A stretch of DNA of 54,679 nucleotides from a virus (IMGVR_UViG_3300037466_003757:1-54679), one strand, 5' to 3'. Positions 26,001-34,812 are shown, counted from the first letter of the stretch. Notes: generated by a model not told the origin, from the sequence alone. Translations and numbers: made by a program.

Positions 26001-28040
26001 AAGCAGATAATCGACACCGTTGATACGCGCAACGATCGGACCGAGATCTTTCGCACCACGTCCGGATACACCGCTGTTCGTGTGCGCCTGATCTTGCGTT
26101 GGCATCAATTTGTCAGTGGCGAACGTCTTGTTTGTGAACTGGCCTGCGCGGATCATTGCTTCCGCTTGCTTGATGTAGTCGTTTTGAATCGTGTTGCCAT
26201 CGAACGGTGTCGTGTACAGACCGGACTTCGCGGGTGCTGCTGGCGTCACTACAGGCGCAGCCGGTACGTTGCTAGTCGGAGCAATCGTTCCCTTATCGGG
26301 CACGAGCGACAACTTCTTGACGTTGACGACCTTGCTCTTACCGTTGTCCATCTCGACACGAGCGTACATCGGAAAGAGCTCTTTGATCGTACCGTCGCCT
26401 GGATGCTTGTTCGGATCGGTTCCGGCAGGAAGATCGAGTGCGACACGATCGCCGATCGATGACTGTTCACCGGTCGCGTACACCGATTTCACGGACGACA
26501 GGTTTGACCGAAGCGGTTCGAGAGCGTCACGCTGTACGGCGAGTTTCTGACCCGCGGCGGTCTTGATTCCGATCGTATTACCATCAGCAGATACGGAATC
26601 GACAATCCACGTATCCGGATATTTCGCCCCAGTTGACTTTGGCTTTCTCTTGAGCCAAACCGGCGAACCCGGTGCGATCGGAACCGCCGTACCCGGATCA
26701 CGTTTACGAATCGCGGGAACGAGCGACGTATTTGCGACGGGTGCAGGCGATGGTGCGGGAACTGCCGGCGCTGCCGGAGTTGGCGTTCCCTGTCTTACAG
26801 CAGGTGACGGAACAGACCCACCAGAATTACTACCGCCGCTACCACCAGGATTAGCCAAATGAGCGTGCTGAGCATTGCCGCCTCCGTATTGCGCTGCCCG
26901 TGCGGCCAAAGCCGCCTTACCTGCCGGAGTCGTCTCCGGAAGCTGATAACCGTACGAAGCACCCAACCACGCACGACGTGCGACAAGCATGTCGGCGGTG
27001 GATTTGTCCATACCGGCGTCCTTGACGATTTGCTCGATCTCGTCCGGCGACAGTGCGAGAATACGTTTGACCGCGTCCTCTTCGTCCGTTTTCGTCATGC
27101 CCGCGTATGCGCTCTGCTGTCGCAAACGTGTGATCTCCGCAGTCATGTCGACGGGAAGCTTGGGCTTCGTACCGCCACGTGCGCGATATTTCAGCGCACC
27201 GCCGGTATCGACCCGAATCGGCACACCGTCTTCCGTGATGCGGATATTGTCGTTGCGCGGCGCGTCGTAGTTACCCAACCAGGCGTCAACGATGAAATTC
27301 TTCCGAATACTTTCGCGCGCGAGACGTTTCTCGGAATCGCTGAGCTGATACCAGCCCTCCGAGTTCTCGATCTTAGACAGCAATTGCTTGCCGTCCGGTG
27401 ATGTTCGAATCTCGGGTACCGCGGCGCCCGCAGCTGCGTAAAGCTTGTTCGCCGCTACCTCGTTGGCGACGTGATCTGCCGTCTGCGGCTTCTTGACGTA
27501 CCAGACGTCGCCAGTCTTCGGATCTTTATAAAATCCGCCCTGATTCGAACCGCCCTGACCCTGTACGAATTGGAAACTGGACGGCGAAAGTTTGGCGACC
27601 GGTGCAGGCGCCGAAAAGAGCTTTTTCGCGGGAATCGTTCGTTTGACGCCGTCACTACCTGTGACGTCGATATTACCGGATGCGTCGAGTTTATCGACCG
27701 TTCCACGCATCCAGAGACCAGTATCTGTTTTCCACTTTACCGATCCGCCCTTGTCGATGAAGCGTCCGTCGCCTCCACGCGGGTGGAGAATATTGAACGC
27801 GTCACTGAGAGCGTGGCGCACGACGTGGAACTGACCCGTCTGCTGGCCTGGAATCGCTGCTGCCACGGTACCCGACTGTATCACACCGCCGGTAGTCTGT
27901 AAACCACGAACGGGCGGTAGAACGGCTGCAGCGGCGAGAATCGCCCGGGTATCGATGGTTTGATAGGTGTGACCAGATGAACGCCTACGTACCGGGTACG
28001 TTACGTAGCCCGGAGTCGACGCTCCAGCTGCCGGTGCCAC
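23067..28040 (-). CDS. Polyvalent virion-associated protein: SH3-like, HipA/PI3-4-kinase-like, ParB-like and ADP-ribosyltransferase-like domains
   Basis: GSNQGG..WYVK..NEVAANKLY..VDAWLGNYD..NDNI..VDTGG; YLLDGHHR; VYYRGV..GEGVYGSGSY..; directly after portal with GGAGG RBS. Confidence 0.75.
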   Translation of the reverse strand: MAPAAGASTPGYVTYPVRRRSSGHTYQTIDTRAILAAAAVLPPVRGLQTTGGVIQSGTVAAAIPGQQTGQFHVVRHALSDAFNILHPRGGDGRFIDKGGSVKWKTDTGLWMRGTVDKLDASGNIDVTGSDGVKRTIPAKKLFSAPAPVAKLSPSSFQFVQGQGGSNQGGFYKDPKTGDVWYVKKPQTADHVANEVAANKLYAAAGAAVPEIRTSPDGKQLLSKIENSEGWYQLSDSEKRLARESIRKNFIVDAWLGNYDAPRNDNIRITEDGVPIRVDTGGALKYRARGGTKPKLPVDMTAEITRLRQQSAYAGMTKTDEEDAVKRILALSPDEIEQIVKDAGMDKSTADMLVARRAWLGASYGYQLPETTPAGKAALAARAAQYGGGNAQHAHLANPGGSGGSNSGGSVPSPAVRQGTPTPAAPAVPAPSPAPVANTSLVPAIRKRDPGTAVPIAPGSPVWLKRKPKSTGAKYPDTWIVDSVSADGNTIGIKTAAGQKLAVQRDALEPLRSNLSSVKSVYATGEQSSIGDRVALDLPAGTDPNKHPGDGTIKELFPMYARVEMDNGKSKVVNVKKLSLVPDKGTIAPTSNVPAAPVVTPAAPAKSGLYTTPFDGNTIQNDYIKQAEAMIRAGQFTNKTFATDKLMPTQDQAHTNSGVSGRGAKDLGPIVARINGVDYLLDGHHRAADKSRIKTQFVDFDAAKTAPAVSKPATNPKGIEFDLKNHDFSKTPHPVGYSLTHNVKVTFFSKAIEKDGTESDRDIIALLHNKANPKDILPVRIRADNFRQLDSVDHDALVVEAKALADKRATAKAARAGKAAVKPGPPQINTLDDAKKILKPVPIKVKYESGNLGEYGELRPGDQVVDIRDGAAMNPGIWMLRDGEAHYLGSNRQGEVRYNGAKPENNELLRFLSSAISAYGNINNLTQKLGKSPDWVKAANLANTHGPNDDKPYDIQSALSKKWPIDDGVGSNGYSPKIKKIDRPAWLSHNVRSYVMPTDPKKDASGNIINHLKPVFVFDGDKDKIYYVGDFDQHADWANREKNINPPDKWVELTQSERDFYFEPTNPQYTFGAGSKSTVVTARNLTMRDAHNLQNKQNAIPRPSQALKNSAGEDINLPPRVSYYHDQTLDTMESVNMDDRQLLTYERGNGSSGMAANMNVLDGKLTPQAMLPKSTGKMAIDVIAQATDPNVQEPKSGDVLPGHRAPFVETRYNPVQALGYKLPTSKTMLDDGKQDNDLLASRLVIPEAAERVKRPGSRSRPSFKMASDGTTQKDPLMYEFTKLVGGDAGVVRLPKADFDAYVAKNNLTVYYRGVGSAESATDFRSGTYFAGEGVYGSGSYASNRLSTAQNSYAGGNGSNVTRIVNRPDAKTRKYGDLYADMIKSVKSGSDSRLKLMQSLGLAPSDAELYTKPTNTNPTWQRALANHSSLANPSDAQIRQMVGDAESMINFYEKKGLQLDEVEIDHGYYSGGREIKLLFKTPGSSNRFDPDEMRYRVTLTKAETSSKARSRIYGAGSIESGIVYDFAGASQRRFNETRDESISYTSTSGEAFVSGFSSPKKVLDFARAIDSKIPELPAFSKDALKATVKDRKESEQLVEKVMNTHPELTELLGISARLEFIQDVGRYALATGIDRFDIPQGNYEDFVVFTHRNTLVMSR

Positions 28041-29984
28041 TCAGTACCTCCCGTAGTCCGTCGAACTCGGTACGCCGTTCCGCGTGTATCCCCCGTTGCC
28101 GAGCGACTTGTCGCGTACCATCGATGACCCACTGTCTTGGTTGTTTCGGTTATCATACGTCTGCGGACCCGTGGGAGCAGAACCTCTTGCGCTATTTCTT
28201 GCAGATCGTGCCGCGGTTTGCTGTGCGCTCTCGGGATCCATATTTCCGTCGCGAGTCGTCGCATCAGTAGGAGCGACCACTTGACCGTAGAGCAGTTCCT
28301 GTGCACTCTCCGGCATCGGTACCGGTGATGACTGGATATTCGCGGCTCGTGCCGAGTCGGTGACGTTCGGAAACGCGGTCTTGAATAACGTGCTCATCTG
28401 ATCCGGTTGCGGTACGCCCTTGTTGAGCATGTAGCGTAACGCCAGTTCGTGTTCGGACGGTGCGTCCGAATCGCTGAAACCGTTCGCACGTCGCCATGCG
28501 TCGGCACCAATGGCGAAGTTGTCGAATCCCTTGTCCGCGGCAGCCGAATCGTCGGGCTTGATCACGAGTTCGGACGGATCGTACCAGATACAGACGGCGT
28601 CGAGATCGTCATCGGTGAGCTGCGGGAACGATCGTTTGAGCATAGGTCGCAGATACATCATCGTGATCGCGTCACAGAACAGCAACGCCATCGGTTCGAT
28701 GTGTTCGCTGTACATCGCGTCCGTCATGTGCCGGGCGTTGTTGTACTTGACGTTCTCGTAACCGGTGACGACGTTTTTCGGAAGATCGAGACCCTGGAGA
28801 ATTCGGCTTAGCGTTTTGTCCAGTCGTTCGGTCAGCCATTGATCGACTTGACGATTGATCTCGATATAGCGAATGTTCTTCGACTCGTCACCGGGACCGG
28901 TCACCATCATCGGCACCACGCTCGCGGCGCTAGTTTCGTCGGTAATCGGGGTCGTGATCGAGTCGTAGATGCCCGCGACCAATGCGTCCTGTTCTTCTTC
29001 CTCGGACGCGATGTCCTCGGCGACAGATTCACCTGCGGCGCTCAAACCATCGGGAATATACAGAATACCCGCGTTCATACGAGAACGCGCGACCGTGCGA
29101 ATCATTCGCTGAAGCGTGATCAATTCGTCGCATGCCTCGCGGAGACCGAGCATACTGGATTCGGGTTCGCTCGAGTATCGCGGATGCTCGCGCCAGATTC
29201 GGGCGATGAACGTATTGGACGGCAATACGATGTCACCGTAGACGGTACCCGCAGTCGTCGTTGACGAACCGGCGCGTTGCGACCGCAGAATGATCTGGCC
29301 GCCCTGATTGACGATCAATTCGCTGGTCGATTTGATGTACCAGCGGTTCTTGATTCGTACCAGATAACACTCGCCAGCCACGCTCAGATTGAGGGCGAAC
29401 ATACGAAGTAATCCGCTGACACCGTTACCGCTTCGCAGATCACGCATGAGACGGTCGGCGTACTGCATGACTTCGGTCGTGATATTCGCAGGCAGCGGAG
29501 GAAGCGGAGCTTGATCGTCCGTCTTGTCTGGAGTTTCGTCGGCTCGTTGCCGATTCCGGATTTCTGCCATAGGAAGCGGAACTGCGTCTTCATCGAAAAC
29601 AACAGCAGGGTATAATTTCAGACGCGACATGCACGCGCCGACAATTCCGAATCCGTATTTGATTTCGCCAATCGCGTCGTAATACGCCCAGGCGTCGTTT
29701 TGCCATTCGGTATAGACGCGATTGCGAAGACCCATAATGTCGTCGGCATTACGGAGATTGATTTTCATACCGGACGCGACCAATGCGCGATTAGCGCTCC
29801 ACGAAGCCGGTTCAGGTCGTCGTTCCCAGAGTTCGAGATCGCTACTAGAAGACGCCAGATCAGACGGTGACGAACCAATGCGCGCACGATTAACGTCGCC
29901 AATACCTCGACCGGCACGACGCGTCTGTACGTCGTTGATAGAATCCACGCTTGCAGCGAGCCGGATAGTTTCTCTGAATCCCAT
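28041..29984 (-). CDS. Portal protein
   Basis: 647 aa; WQNDAWAYYDAIGEIKY, LNLSVAGECYL, RIWREHPR motifs of cluster-B-like portals. Confidence 0.85.
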   Translation of the reverse strand: MGFRETIRLAASVDSINDVQTRRAGRGIGDVNRARIGSSPSDLASSSSDLELWERRPEPASWSANRALVASGMKINLRNADDIMGLRNRVYTEWQNDAWAYYDAIGEIKYGFGIVGACMSRLKLYPAVVFDEDAVPLPMAEIRNRQRADETPDKTDDQAPLPPLPANITTEVMQYADRLMRDLRSGNGVSGLLRMFALNLSVAGECYLVRIKNRWYIKSTSELIVNQGGQIILRSQRAGSSTTTAGTVYGDIVLPSNTFIARIWREHPRYSSEPESSMLGLREACDELITLQRMIRTVARSRMNAGILYIPDGLSAAGESVAEDIASEEEEQDALVAGIYDSITTPITDETSAASVVPMMVTGPGDESKNIRYIEINRQVDQWLTERLDKTLSRILQGLDLPKNVVTGYENVKYNNARHMTDAMYSEHIEPMALLFCDAITMMYLRPMLKRSFPQLTDDDLDAVCIWYDPSELVIKPDDSAAADKGFDNFAIGADAWRRANGFSDSDAPSEHELALRYMLNKGVPQPDQMSTLFKTAFPNVTDSARAANIQSSPVPMPESAQELLYGQVVAPTDATTRDGNMDPESAQQTAARSARNSARGSAPTGPQTYDNRNNQDSGSSMVRDKSLGNGGYTRNGVPSSTDYGRY

Positions 29985-30011
29985 CCAGCCTACTCCGTTC
30001 GTCGCCGTTTA

Positions 30012-30338
30012 TTAATCGAACATGCTCGGCGGTTCCGTACGATCGCGAAGAACGTCGAGCCAGGCCGTGCACTCGCTCATTGCCAGTGTACCGACCGTGA
30101 AACGCGCGAGCGAACTGCGGCGGGAATTCAAAGCAAGCATAAGAGCGGCTGTCCAAACGCTTGTGCATTTCGGACAGGAAATAAGATATCCGATACGCGA
30201 TGATTCGATCGGAAATCGTTTCCAGATTTCTTCTCGTATTGGACGCGTAATTTCGTCACGTACGACCAGCGTAGTCAATCTGTGTGTCGCCAGTGCAGCG
30301 ATTGTCCACTTGATCGTCTGTGTTCCTGCGGTAGCCAT
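30012..30338 (-). CDS. DUF1360-like membrane protein
   Basis: LATHRLTTLVVRDEIT and LISCPKCTSVW. Confidence 0.75.
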   Translation of the reverse strand: MATAGTQTIKWTIAALATHRLTTLVVRDEITRPIREEIWKRFPIESSRIGYLISCPKCTSVWTAALMLALNSRRSSLARFTVGTLAMSECTAWLDVLRDRTEPPSMFD

Positions 30339-30412
30339 GCCGTCATCGTACGATCCGTGGCCTCACGGACACGTTCCGCGATGAGAACTCGTCACGACAT
30401 CGGGAATACACG

Positions 30413-30441
30413 TTTACGTCCTGTCGTTAATATGATACGAT
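30413..30441 (+). promoter_or_regulatory. Promoter
   Basis: TTTACG-N17-TACGAT with TGA extended -10. Confidence 0.7.
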
Positions 30442-30481
30442 AGGAACGAACGAACGAAATTGGACAGGATGGGACGAGGAC

Positions 30482-30826
30482 ATGACCAGCTTCCACACCA
30501 CCGCCACAATAGCCGACGCCGAGGCGTTCGAGCAGACCGACTTCGAGCTTCTGGTGAAGGAGTTCGCCGATAACGGTTGGATGGTGGACAGCAAGCTGAC
30601 CGATCGCTTCAGCCGGACCTGGACCCTCGACAACGTCGAGGGTTGGGACGTGAAGGTCTGGTTCGATGACGTCACCGAAGACGGGATCGAACGAGAGGAC
30701 GCACTCGTCGCGGCGGCGCTGTTCCGGCGTTTCGGAACCGCCGAGGCACACATCATCGACTACACCACCGATCTGATCGCGCTGATCCGCTGGATCGAAC
30801 ACAAGCTGCCCGAAACCGAGGAGTGA
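30482..30826 (+). CDS. Hypothetical protein
   Basis: 114 aa, GAGGA RBS. Confidence 0.75.
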   Translation: MTSFHTTATIADAEAFEQTDFELLVKEFADNGWMVDSKLTDRFSRTWTLDNVEGWDVKVWFDDVTEDGIEREDALVAAALFRRFGTAEAHIIDYTTDLIALIRWIEHKLPETEE

Positions 30827-30838
30827 GCGGAAAAGACC

Positions 30839-31000
30839 ATGAGTCAGACCGACAAGAAACTGGAGGAACGTCCGGATCTCATCGCTTGGCGTCGTCGCCA
30901 CGAAATCCGGCGTTCGTCCGCCGCATCACGGATCCCCTCCAAGAAAACATATCGGCGTTCCACGCGAACCGTCCGCGATCGTAGCCAGCGGGACGCGTAA
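30839..31000 (+). CDS. Small basic protein (not in ORF track)
   Basis: 53 aa MSQTDKKLEE...RRSSAASRIPSKKTYRRSTR... Confidence 0.6.
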   Translation: MSQTDKKLEERPDLIAWRRRHEIRRSSAASRIPSKKTYRRSTRTVRDRSQRDA

Positions 31001-31030
31001 TCGCCGATCGTACGAGAAACGAGATTGGAC

Positions 31031-31138
31031 ATGGCTTACGAATTCGAAGTGCCATTCAACGAATGGACGTCATGTGAAGTACACGGTCATATTTTCGAAA
31101 ACGGTCGATGCCGAGATTGCGGCGAACCGCAAGAATAG
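31031..31138 (+). CDS. Zn-finger microprotein (not in ORF track)
   Basis: 35 aa MAYEFEVPFNEWTSCEVHGHIFENGRCRDCGEPQE. Confidence 0.55.
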   Translation: MAYEFEVPFNEWTSCEVHGHIFENGRCRDCGEPQE

Positions 31139-31180
31139 CGTAATCGAAACCCTTCCAAGGCAACAATACCGCAACGATAG

Positions 31181-31206
31181 ACGCCCCGTCGATAACAACG
31201 GGGCGT
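31181..31206 (+). terminator. Terminator hairpin (ACGCCCC family)
   Basis: ACGCCCCGT-N8-ACGGGGCGT then TCTT. Confidence 0.6.
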
Positions 31207-31250
31207 TCTTGCGCGACATTAACAACGACAGCAGACACAGGAGATCTAAG

Positions 31251-31793
31251 GTGCAGGGGCAGGGGCAGGGTATGATGAGTAATCGCCGGACGTACACGGT
31301 CATCGTGGTAGGTCCACGCGACTTCGAAAACCGATATCCGGTATGGCAAAAGCTGTACGACGTCAAGCGAAAACTCAGAATCGGTGACGTCATGATTGTC
31401 AAGCACAGCGGTCATCGTCGCGGTGTCGATAAATCAGCAAGCACGTGGTGTCGTGATCAAGCAATGAATGCCCATTTATACGGCAATCGTGGTGCATCTG
31501 TCATCGAGGAAACGCATCCGCCACACTGGTGGGCACCGTTGCTTTTTATGAGCAAACGAAAGAGTATATTGCGTTACAAGCCGATGATCGACTCCGGTGC
31601 CGACGAAGCAATTGCTTTCCCGATCGGTGAAGCGCCGATTATTCGTGGTTCGATCAATCTGCTTCGCGACGCCGGTATCAAAGTCGATGTTGTCGAAGAG
31701 CATCACCCTCAAGCGGGTAAGCAACCACTCAACACAAGCGCTTTCCAGGCTATCGAATCGCGACGTCAAGCCCAAACGTCACAGTCGAGTTAA
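31251..31793 (+). CDS. SLOG superfamily (YspA/DUF2493-like) protein
   Basis: VIVVGPRDF, HSG..RGVD, AIAFP pattern; ACAGGAG RBS before GTG 31251. Confidence 0.65.
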   Translation: MQGQGQGMMSNRRTYTVIVVGPRDFENRYPVWQKLYDVKRKLRIGDVMIVKHSGHRRGVDKSASTWCRDQAMNAHLYGNRGASVIEETHPPHWWAPLLFMSKRKSILRYKPMIDSGADEAIAFPIGEAPIIRGSINLLRDAGIKVDVVEEHHPQAGKQPLNTSAFQAIESRRQAQTSQSS

Positions 31794-32377
31794 TTCGGGC
31801 AATTCAGATTGTCGTGAATTTGCTTTATCGTTGCGTAACCGCTCTGACGCTGTTTTAGTTCTTCCGGTGTCAGTGTCGCCGATGTTCGCGGCGATGCCTG
31901 TGCGTACAACAAGAACATATTGGTCATTGCGCACAAATTGGTTCGTGTCAATTCCGTCGATGCGTTCTGGTGATCTTGTACTGCTTGCAGCGTACTTTGA
32001 TTGTCGCTGATGAAGAAGTACGAGATCGCCAGAAAGACGGACAGAATGATGTCTAGCGTGATACTAGCGATCAACATACGTGTGACGCGGCGATCCGTAT
32101 CAGTACGCTTCTTTTGCTGCTGTAACGAGTTACGTTGCTGAACAGTTACAGTCTCAAGTGATTGTGCTCGAGCAGCAAGTCCGTTCACCGACGTTTCCAG
32201 CTTGCGAAGCATACCGACAAAATCGTCATCCGACGTGACGTTGACGTCTTCTACATGTGCAGTGTCGGGAACCGGCGGCGGAAGACTTTCATTAGTTGTG
32301 TCCGAGGTGAGCTCGGGTTCGCGAGTTGCGTCCGGCTGCTCGGGATTTGACCGCGGTTGTGGCTTTCTCCTGGTCAC
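31790..32377 (-). CDS. Single-pass membrane protein with coiled coil and two distal Cys
   Basis: TM MLIASITLDIILSVFLAISYFFI; LCAM...LNCPN. Confidence 0.7.
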   Translation of the reverse strand: MTRRKPQPRSNPEQPDATREPELTSDTTNESLPPPVPDTAHVEDVNVTSDDDFVGMLRKLETSVNGLAARAQSLETVTVQQRNSLQQQKKRTDTDRRVTRMLIASITLDIILSVFLAISYFFISDNQSTLQAVQDHQNASTELTRTNLCAMTNMFLLYAQASPRTSATLTPEELKQRQSGYATIKQIHDNLNCPN

Positions 32378-32622
32378 AATCTGCCCCTTGTATCGAATTG
32401 TCCGTTGCGAGCAGCGGCATGCGCTTTCAGTGCGGCAATCGTGTCACGCAGTCCAGCAATGGCGACATGAGTATCGTTGAGATACTCTTCGACTTCATTG
32501 ATGTATAGTCTCTGGGCGTCCTGTCGAGCCATGGCCTTTATCATTGCGTCAGCTTCGGCCCGTCGCGCACGCGCAGAAGTCTTGTCGTCACGGTCGCCGC
32601 CGATACCGAACACTCTACGCAC
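32374..32622 (-). CDS. Small coiled-coil hypothetical protein
   Basis: 82 aa, 4-bp overlap with membrane gene. Confidence 0.6.
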   Translation of the reverse strand: MRRVFGIGGDRDDKTSARARRAEADAMIKAMARQDAQRLYINEVEEYLNDTHVAIAGLRDTIAALKAHAAARNGQFDTRGRL

Positions 32623-32735
32623 AGCGTGATCATACGTTCGATCGGGTACGTCTGTCGTCTCACAATAAAAACTGCTCGGTACGTTGTAGATGATCGAGAT
32701 ATCCCGATCCAGGGGCGGGAATTACTCCCAATGGG

Positions 32736-32764
32736 TTTACGTTCTACTACATGTACGATACGAT
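32736..32764 (+). promoter_or_regulatory. Promoter
   Basis: TTTACG-N17-TACGAT. Confidence 0.65.
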
Positions 32765-32852
32765 AAGGATACGGGGCGGAACGCATAAGATCGACAACGA
32801 CGTCGGTTCGACAACGAGGTCCGTTCCACCCCACACAGTCAGGGAGATCGAA

Positions 32853-33029
32853 ATGACTCGCCGCAAGGAGCGCAAGCATCGAGAGACGTCTCTGAACGAT
32901 ATGCTCGAGGACATGCGCGGACCCACCAAGTGGAACAACGGTACGTGCCCCGACTGTCTCGAGTCTACCGAATCGCCGTACGAACGTTCGTGCGATTGGT
33001 GCGGACACGACTTCACCGAAGACAACTGA
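32853..33029 (+). CDS. Zn-ribbon protein
   Basis: 58 aa, CPDC...CDWC, GGGAG RBS. Confidence 0.7.
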   Translation: MTRRKERKHRETSLNDMLEDMRGPTKWNNGTCPDCLESTESPYERSCDWCGHDFTEDN

Positions 33030-33048
33030 TAACGAAAGCGAGAATGAC

Positions 33049-33327
33049 ATGGCTGCCAAGTTCGACAAGGCCGATCTTCCCGATTGGGTTCGTAAGAACG
33101 CTCGTGCCGAAATCGTTTCAAGCTTCGGAGCTAGCCGTTTCCCCGCCGTCAAGGTGTACATCATGCGGGTGACACCGTCTGGCCAAATCGTTACGGACTA
33201 TAACGGCGAGACCAAGTTCACCCAGGCGAACAGAATCGAGACTCGCGACGGTACCGAGTATCGTAAGCCGACCGACAAGGGCCATATGTTGACTCTTCGG
33301 CAGATCGTCGAGAAAGATTCGCAGTGA
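33049..33327 (+). CDS. Hypothetical protein
   Basis: 92 aa, operon packing. Confidence 0.7.
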   Translation: MAAKFDKADLPDWVRKNARAEIVSSFGASRFPAVKVYIMRVTPSGQIVTDYNGETKFTQANRIETRDGTEYRKPTDKGHMLTLRQIVEKDSQ

Positions 33328-33557
33328 GTCATACTCGTCATGATGTGATGGGTGCCGGAGCTAAAGTTATCGTTATTGCAGCGATGGTGGGCGCCCCGGC
33401 GGCATCCGTCTGGACAGTTACCGGTTCCGCGTCCGTCGATTCGTCGTCGGACATAGCGGCGCCATTGAATCGGATTCGCGGTTTTGCCGCAGCGCTGACG
33501 AACGAACGTACGCGCCGGGACATGCATCGCGCTGCTGAGAAAGAAGCAGGACTATGA
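33324..33557 (+). CDS. Hypothetical protein with hydrophobic N-terminus
   Basis: 77 aa, GTGA overlap. Confidence 0.55.
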   Translation: MSHTRHDVMGAGAKVIVIAAMVGAPAASVWTVTGSASVDSSSDIAAPLNRIRGFAAALTNERTRRDMHRAAEKEAGL

Positions 33558-33964
33558 CCGATCGAACCGAAGAAGAGCAATACGAAAACGTAATGCGAAT
33601 GATACGCATGCGTCGGATACCTCCCGATACGCTGAGCGACGACGATGTGCGCGTACTCGCGGACGAGCATCCCGATACTGTCGTCAGAATGGCGATGTAC
33701 GAGTTGCTCGAAAAACGATTGCTCGAGACGCCCACGGGTCATCGTTTTCTTACCCAGAGCGATCTGGACGCGCTCAATCCCGGATCGATAGTTCTCGACT
33801 ATTACGGAGACGGATGGCAGAAGAAATCGTTCGGTCCCTATCCCAAGTGGTTGAAAATGGGAAGCGTCGATATAGAACTCGATCTCTTTCGTGATCTACC
33901 TGAACGCGTTGTCTATCGGGCACCTTTGCGTACCGTCACCGTGGATTCGAAGGACGTATCATGA
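33554..33964 (+). CDS. Hypothetical protein
   Basis: 136 aa, ATGA overlap. Confidence 0.7.
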   Translation: MTDRTEEEQYENVMRMIRMRRIPPDTLSDDDVRVLADEHPDTVVRMAMYELLEKRLLETPTGHRFLTQSDLDALNPGSIVLDYYGDGWQKKSFGPYPKWLKMGSVDIELDLFRDLPERVVYRAPLRTVTVDSKDVS

Positions 33965-34278
33965 ATTGGAAGCCGTGGCGTAAAAAACCCGAAGTCGTTC
34001 AACCGATTCTCATCGGTCCAGATCGTTGTCGATGGTGCGGTAGTTTTATCGTGCTGCACCATTCCGTCGTAACATATATGTCTGCAAGAGAATCCGACGG
34101 TAAACTCGAGCATCGAAAAACGCATATTCCCACGTATACGCACACTGATCGTCCCGTTCATCAGAATGCGACAAACAAAATGCGTTGCATCGATTTCGAC
34201 GGTAACAGTCATTGGGCGTCTCCGTGGACGTCGTATCAGCTGCAGCAAATGCGCGAACAAGGCGTGCGATTCTCGTGA
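33961..34278 (+). CDS. Cys/His-containing hypothetical protein
   Basis: 105 aa, CRWC; ATGA overlap. Confidence 0.65.
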   Translation: MNWKPWRKKPEVVQPILIGPDRCRWCGSFIVLHHSVVTYMSARESDGKLEHRKTHIPTYTHTDRPVHQNATNKMRCIDFDGNSHWASPWTSYQLQQMREQGVRFS

Positions 34279-34547
34279 CTGTCACACGCGCACGATCGCT
34301 CGCGACTATGCGACTGAATCGTGATCTCTTCGAAGCTGCAGACAGGTGGCAATCTAGTCGCCGGACACTCGGACAAACCGGATGGGGCAAACTGATATCC
34401 GGTTCGTGTCATCGAGCCGATATCGATTTCGAGCGTCATTTACTCCGTACGGATGCAGCGTCCGTCGATGTCGTTTTCGTGAACGCCGTGTCAGTTATAC
34501 TGGCTGAATATTTGCGCGCGATCAGGGCAGAAAACGACGACCGGTAA
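34275..34547 (+). CDS. Hypothetical protein
   Basis: GTGA overlap start, 90 aa. Confidence 0.55.
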   Translation: MTVTRARSLATMRLNRDLFEAADRWQSSRRTLGQTGWGKLISGSCHRADIDFERHLLRTDAASVDVVFVNAVSVILAEYLRAIRAENDDR

Positions 34548-34623
34548 GCATACCGATCAGCACCAGTACGTCCAGAATCAAAACGCCGATCATCGTGATC
34601 ACGTTGACTGTGTTCGCGTCCAT
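34522..34623 (-). CDS. Small membrane peptide
   Basis: 33 aa MDANTVNVITMIGVLILDVLVLIGMLTGRRFLP with GGGAGG RBS. Confidence 0.55.
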   Translation of the reverse strand: MDANTVNVITMIGVLILDVLVLIGMLTGRRFLP

Positions 34624-34743
34624 CGGATCCTCCCGTTCCGCGGCCCGTTCGTCATCGAGCGGGCCGCTTCTCGTTTCGACGTCCAGTCTACCGAACAATA
34701 CGTCCGCACAAGACATCATGGTTGAAGCTTGTAGGAAAAAGTG

Positions 34744-34772
34744 TTTACGTGTTGTGTCATTCGTGATAAGAT
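34744..34772 (+). promoter_or_regulatory. Promoter
   Basis: TTTACG-N17-TAAGAT with TGA. Confidence 0.7.
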
Positions 34773-34812
34773 AAACGTACAAACGATAGCCACAAAAGAA
34801 TAGGAGCAACCT

